64,000 bases of DNA, taken from positions 832,001 through 896,000 of the forward strand of contig OZ242351.1 in the NCBI GenBank assembly GCA_965208675.1, given 5' to 3'. The notes beneath the pieces are model-generated. The model saw only the letters and a list, made by a program, of their open reading frames with translations, did no database searches and had not been told where the DNA came from. The stretch's first letter is position 1. Every line of letters starts with the position of its first letter. A program made the translations under genes and the position numbers. This document shows, piece by piece, positions 59,774-64,000 of the stretch. The DNA is from Candidatus Poribacteria bacterium. Lineage in GTDB: Bacteria; Poribacteria; WGA-4E; PCPOR2b.

Positions 59774-60919
59774 TTAAAACACGCGATAGTTAAGCGTCAT
59801 CAGATAGTTCTGTTCGAGCTTTGACTTCTCATACTTTTCCAGTTCTATACTCGTTGTCAAATTGATTTGGTTTTCAACAAAGAAGACAAATAGCAGTTTC
59901 AATGTATTGCTAATCTGTGTGTCATCATCTTTTGATCGTTTTTCTACATTTAACAGATGGCGCATGACGAAATCTATACGATTGGTCACTTCGTAGGAGA
60001 AATCGCTCGCTGAGATGATATTGTACGTTTTCAGAAAATTTCCTCCAACTTGGCTGTTAGCGGTAAATCGCTCGTTAAATTGGGCGCGCCAATTTATCGG
60101 CAAGGAATACCTCGCAGTGATATCCGCAGCTGGAGCGACACGTTTTTCTGAGGATTCAGATGTCAGCAATTCGAGCTTTGCCCCCAAAGTGATATCCCAA
60201 CCATAAAATCGATCAGAAATGTTTTCTCTAAATAACACCTCGTCCATTCTCAAAATTCCTACAGCGTCTATTTCCTCCCCTTTCAACATGTTAGAATGTT
60301 TGATTATTCCTGCCATATCGTCGTACCAATACCGCTTAAACGCCTCTCGATAGCGCGTTCTATACTCATCCCGCTTTTCAATAATTTGGCCCAAACTCAC
60401 CATGGTCTCAGCAGGAAGATCGTCGTGCAGTTGGTCAGAAAACAACAGGAAATCTTCAATTCGTACAGCCTTCGCTAAGGCTGTGGCATTAATAAAGCGA
60501 CCGAACCCAAAGCCAATCGTGACATCCAAAGTTGGCCGATCATATCCTTTTAGGTATGCACTATGCGGATTAACCGATGCGAAGAAATTTCGATGCGGCC
60601 AAACATATCGCCTTAACCGCCAATCCATGTCTGCATTGTAGTCGTTCGCCCGTCTCTCCTTTGACGCCGACCAAATTAGGTCAAATGAATATCCGTAAGT
60701 CAACGATTCGTAAAAGGTGTTGTAGACCGTTCCAATTCTACCGTGATTACTGGTTGTCTCCTTTCCGTCGCTCGCGTAGTTGTAGTTAAAATCAATAAGG
60801 AAACTATGTGCCGTACTCACGGGAACTTTATAGTCTTTGATTAATAAATTTTGGGAATTAACCTGATTTCCTGTGGTCAAAAAAGCTAAAATAATTAGAG
60901 TCGTCGCAATGTGTTTCAT
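59774..60919 (-). CDS. Putative outer-membrane beta-barrel protein (paralog of 61850-63025)
   Basis: Signal peptide, DYKVPVSTA, C-terminal LNYRVF. Confidence 0.65.
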   Translation of the reverse strand: MKHIATTLIILAFLTTGNQVNSQNLLIKDYKVPVSTAHSFLIDFNYNYASDGKETTSNHGRIGTVYNTFYESLTYGYSFDLIWSASKERRANDYNADMDWRLRRYVWPHRNFFASVNPHSAYLKGYDRPTLDVTIGFGFGRFINATALAKAVRIEDFLLFSDQLHDDLPAETMVSLGQIIEKRDEYRTRYREAFKRYWYDDMAGIIKHSNMLKGEEIDAVGILRMDEVLFRENISDRFYGWDITLGAKLELLTSESSEKRVAPAADITARYSLPINWRAQFNERFTANSQVGGNFLKTYNIISASDFSYEVTNRIDFVMRHLLNVEKRSKDDDTQISNTLKLLFVFFVENQINLTTSIELEKYEKSKLEQNYLMTLNYRVF

Positions 60920-61030
60920 TTCTGATTATCCTAGTCGATACAGTGGTGGAAAAAAATAAATCCCTGAGTCAAATAGTATTGGTTTTAGCTCTTAGGTCTT
61001 CGTTGTCTCCATAACTTAATCTTCACAGTC

Positions 61031-61816
61031 CTATCGCGCATCGGTAAGAACCTCGTATTTCACGAGTGTAATGATATTTTCTCCTTTTGAGTCCTCTTGC
61101 TTAATTATTCGATACGGATGTTGCTTTTCTACCCAAAACAGGTATTTAGTCTTTATGACTTTCCCTTTGAGACCGGATACGCCTGACTCTATGAAGTAAC
61201 AGTCGAAAATACCTAACGGTGTCGTGACTTTTTGTTCGGCTTTAATTTTCGCATATACCCCTACCACGTGGTCGGTCGTGACAAGTATGAATTTTACCTT
61301 CTCCTTATTGAATGGATATCCGCGAATCACTTCTAGAATCGTATTGACATCGTAACTATCCTCTCGAATCTCCTTCACTACATTTCGCTTTGGGCCGGGG
61401 TAGATGAAACGGACGCGCTGCTCGGCGCGGTGTTTATAGTATTCGATGGAGTATTTTTGTTGTCCGGCATCGTCGCGCTGTTCGATCAAGAGTGGCCGCA
61501 AGTCATCTGCCCTGACAACCATTTTCTGGGAATCCGTCGAAATAACATATACAAACTGACCGTCGAAATTTTCGCGTGAAATTTTATGGATTGAGAAGTG
61601 GATTTTGCCCTTTTGGTTAACCTCATACGTTGATTTCTCTATGGTAGGAAATTGAGGGTCACGGAATGGCGGCAGTTTGACGCCACATAACCCAGTCGAA
61701 CTGAAAACGGTAGGCAATAATATTAACCCACTGAACACAATGTGAGAAAAGCGGAGCGTATAATGTGCAATGAAAACTCTCGAATTAGCAAATCCAAAAC
61801 ATCTTCCCATGTGCAT
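61031..61816 (-). CDS. Secreted DUF3108-like beta-sheet protein
   Basis: EQKVTTPLGIFDCY...FWVEK motif; hydrophobic N-terminal segment. Confidence 0.6.
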   Translation of the reverse strand: MHMGRCFGFANSRVFIAHYTLRFSHIVFSGLILLPTVFSSTGLCGVKLPPFRDPQFPTIEKSTYEVNQKGKIHFSIHKISRENFDGQFVYVISTDSQKMVVRADDLRPLLIEQRDDAGQQKYSIEYYKHRAEQRVRFIYPGPKRNVVKEIREDSYDVNTILEVIRGYPFNKEKVKFILVTTDHVVGVYAKIKAEQKVTTPLGIFDCYFIESGVSGLKGKVIKTKYLFWVEKQHPYRIIKQEDSKGENIITLVKYEVLTDAR

Positions 61817-61849
61817 CTTCGCCCATTGTCCGATTCGCGTTTCAGTCTA

Positions 61850-63025
61850 CTAGAAAACGCGGTAGTTGAGTGCAATGGTAAAATTGGTAGTGATGCTTTC
61901 CTCTGGCGCCTTTTCGATCTGTTGCGTTGCCACCAAGTTTACGTAGTTCTCAATGTAATAGAGGAACGAAAGTCCGAATGAATGGCTAGCCGCTGTGTCC
62001 GCTGCTTCGGGTTTTTCTAGGCGAATCAGATGTCGAAGGCGAAGGTCGACACGGTTGGACAGTTCGTACGAAATTTCGCTCGACAGCGACGACGAGAAGG
62101 CTTTCCCCAACCCATCAAACGGTGTGTTGATGGAAATGCGCTCGCTGACCTGCCACCGCCACGTTATTGGGCGGGCATAGCTCGCACTTACATCAAGATT
62201 TATGGGTGGGCGATTTTCATCTGTAAACGGCCTCGAGATATCGAATTTGGAGCCGAGCGTTACGTCCCATCCGTAAAAGCGATCGGCGACGTGCTCACGT
62301 TCAAGGACCTCCTCAATTCGAAGAATTCCAACTGCACCTAGCGCATCTTCCTTGAGAAGACCTGACGCACGCATGACCGCTTCCATGTCGTCATACCACT
62401 CTTTTTCGTAGGTCTCGCCATATCTGTCTTCATATTCTCTTTCACGATTGATAATTTTGCTAATTTCAAGGATTGCTGCTTTCGGGAGGTGGTCTCTGAG
62501 TTCTCCCTCTCTAATGAGAAATGCCTCAATTCGAACGGCTTTTGCTAGAGCGGTTGCTTCAATTAATCGCCCATATCCTACACCAACAGTTACCGCAGAT
62601 GCGGGTTGATCGTACTCCCGGCGCAAGTTCGAATTGACACGCACCGAACCAAATAAATCTTTGAGCGACTCATGATTCTGCATAAGATACTTCTTGACAC
62701 GCGCATCGGCATCCGCATGATAATCTGTTTTATACGCCTGTTTTTCTATGTTTCTATCAACTAGCCCTGAGCCAATAATGTCAATGGAATATCCGAACGG
62801 CAAGGAATCATAAAATCTATTGTAAACACTGCCAATGCTCCCCGTGCTGGTAGTAATAGTCGAGCCGGTTGCGGCGTGGTTCATGGAGAAATCAATAAAG
62901 AGGCGATCCGCAGTGCTAACGGGCACTTGATAGTCGGAAATAGATACCTTCTGCGCGGAAACGCCGCTAACGGCAAGGGTAGAGATTGTGATTATCATTA
63001 TGCGCCAACTCAGTCCACCGAACAT
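61850..63025 (-). CDS. Putative outer-membrane beta-barrel protein (paralog of 59774-60919)
   Basis: Signal peptide, DYQVPVSTA, C-terminal LNYRVF. Confidence 0.65.
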   Translation of the reverse strand: MFGGLSWRIMIITISTLAVSGVSAQKVSISDYQVPVSTADRLFIDFSMNHAATGSTITTSTGSIGSVYNRFYDSLPFGYSIDIIGSGLVDRNIEKQAYKTDYHADADARVKKYLMQNHESLKDLFGSVRVNSNLRREYDQPASAVTVGVGYGRLIEATALAKAVRIEAFLIREGELRDHLPKAAILEISKIINREREYEDRYGETYEKEWYDDMEAVMRASGLLKEDALGAVGILRIEEVLEREHVADRFYGWDVTLGSKFDISRPFTDENRPPINLDVSASYARPITWRWQVSERISINTPFDGLGKAFSSSLSSEISYELSNRVDLRLRHLIRLEKPEAADTAASHSFGLSFLYYIENYVNLVATQQIEKAPEESITTNFTIALNYRVF

Positions 63026-63231
63026 ACCTCGCCCTTTGAAATAATAATGGTTTGTTACTAAGACGGTATTCAATCCAATACAAGTGGTACTACTACTACG
63101 GCAGAACATCCACGATTATTGCGATTGCGCTCGAAAGTCCGCTTCGCCGGATTGCCCGGCAAGTGTTGAAATGTGGCTTCCTAAGTTGGAAGATGCGCAT
63201 AGTCTTGATTACCGCATTATTTGTGTAGTCA

Positions 63232-63999
63232 TTAAGGGAAGATTCCTAGTTCTAGATAAGAGCGGGCAATTTTGTTGATGGCACTGATGAAAGAAGCTAT
63301 TCTGAGATCAATATCGTTTCCATGTTGTTTATGGATTTCCCTGATTTCATGGTAGGCGTCAATCATTGTGTCCTCAAGGCCAGAGTTGACTAGGTCGAGT
63401 TCGCCCGCACCGCGTGACAATCGGCTGACTTCTTTTTCCGGAAACGCCTTCCCCGTTATTTTTTCGATTGCACTGAGCATGTTTTGGTTTGAACTCTCTT
63501 CAAAACGTTTCTCCAACCGTCCAAACCGCACATGCGATAGATTCTTAAGCCATTCAAAATATGAAACCGTTACGCCGCCCGCGTTCAGAAACGAATCGGG
63601 GATAATCATTGCACCTTTCTCGTTGAGTATGTCGTGCGCGGCAGGGGTAGTCGGGCCGTTTGCCGCTTCACCGATTATCTTAGCCTGAATGCGCGGTGCG
63701 TTCTCATGAGTAATCTGGTTTTCCAATGCGGCGGGAATAAGGATGTCACATGGCAACTCAAGTGCTTTTGAGGACGACTCAATATTGGTGGCGCCGGGAA
63801 AATCAAGGATTGATCCGTTTTCACGTCTATGTTCCATAACGCTTTCGAGATCCAATCCCTTTGGATTGTAGGTTGCCCCCTCGTACTCCGCCAACCCGCA
63901 TATGACCGCACCGCTTTCTTGCATAAACTTCGCGACGTGGTATCCTACATTTCCAAGCCCCTGTACGACGACCGATTTTCCTTCTAGTCCCGATGATAG
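63232..63999 (-). CDS. gdhA: Glu/Leu/Phe/Val dehydrogenase (glutamate dehydrogenase), 5'-truncated by window edge
   Basis: VQGLGNVG, DILIPAALE, EAANGP, NAGGVTVSYFEWLKNLSHVRFGRL. Confidence 0.93.
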   Translation of the reverse strand, partial: LSSGLEGKSVVVQGLGNVGYHVAKFMQESGAVICGLAEYEGATYNPKGLDLESVMEHRRENGSILDFPGATNIESSSKALELPCDILIPAALENQITHENAPRIQAKIIGEAANGPTTPAAHDILNEKGAMIIPDSFLNAGGVTVSYFEWLKNLSHVRFGRLEKRFEESSNQNMLSAIEKITGKAFPEKEVSRLSRGAGELDLVNSGLEDTMIDAYHEIREIHKQHGNDIDLRIASFISAINKIARSYLELGIFP

Positions 64000-64000
64000 G

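Overview
A 64 kb bacterial chromosomal window of about 50% GC, with no rRNA, tRNA, CRISPR array or intact transposase/integrase that I can see. Membrane-anchored ECF sigma fusions, LamG, WD40 and ankyrin proteins and the futalosine menaquinone gene suggest Candidatus Poribacteria or a similar lineage (inference). Housekeeping and metabolic genes include dnaE, def, dapB, cmk, plsC, tyrA, mqnD, glcD/E/F, larE, a nagA-like gene, nth, dsbD and a partial gdhA. Accessory features: (i) two one-component ECF sigma factors fused through a TM helix to large extracytoplasmic domains, each with an ECF-type promoter upstream; (ii) two candidate structured RNAs behind consensus sigma70 promoters, one before dapB and a 6S-like one before tyrA; (iii) a protein with two tandem Hfq/Sm-like domains; (iv) a circularly permuted LamG domain inserted in a membrane glycosyltransferase; (v) an operon of Tat-exported DUF362, a CxxxxC-tailed mini-lipoprotein, an LVIVD pseudogene and a beta-barrel; (vi) a decayed island-like region at about 10.7-13.8 kb with att-like repeats and a broken brnTA toxin-antitoxin locus. 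All calls come from reading the sequence by eye; no database searches were run.
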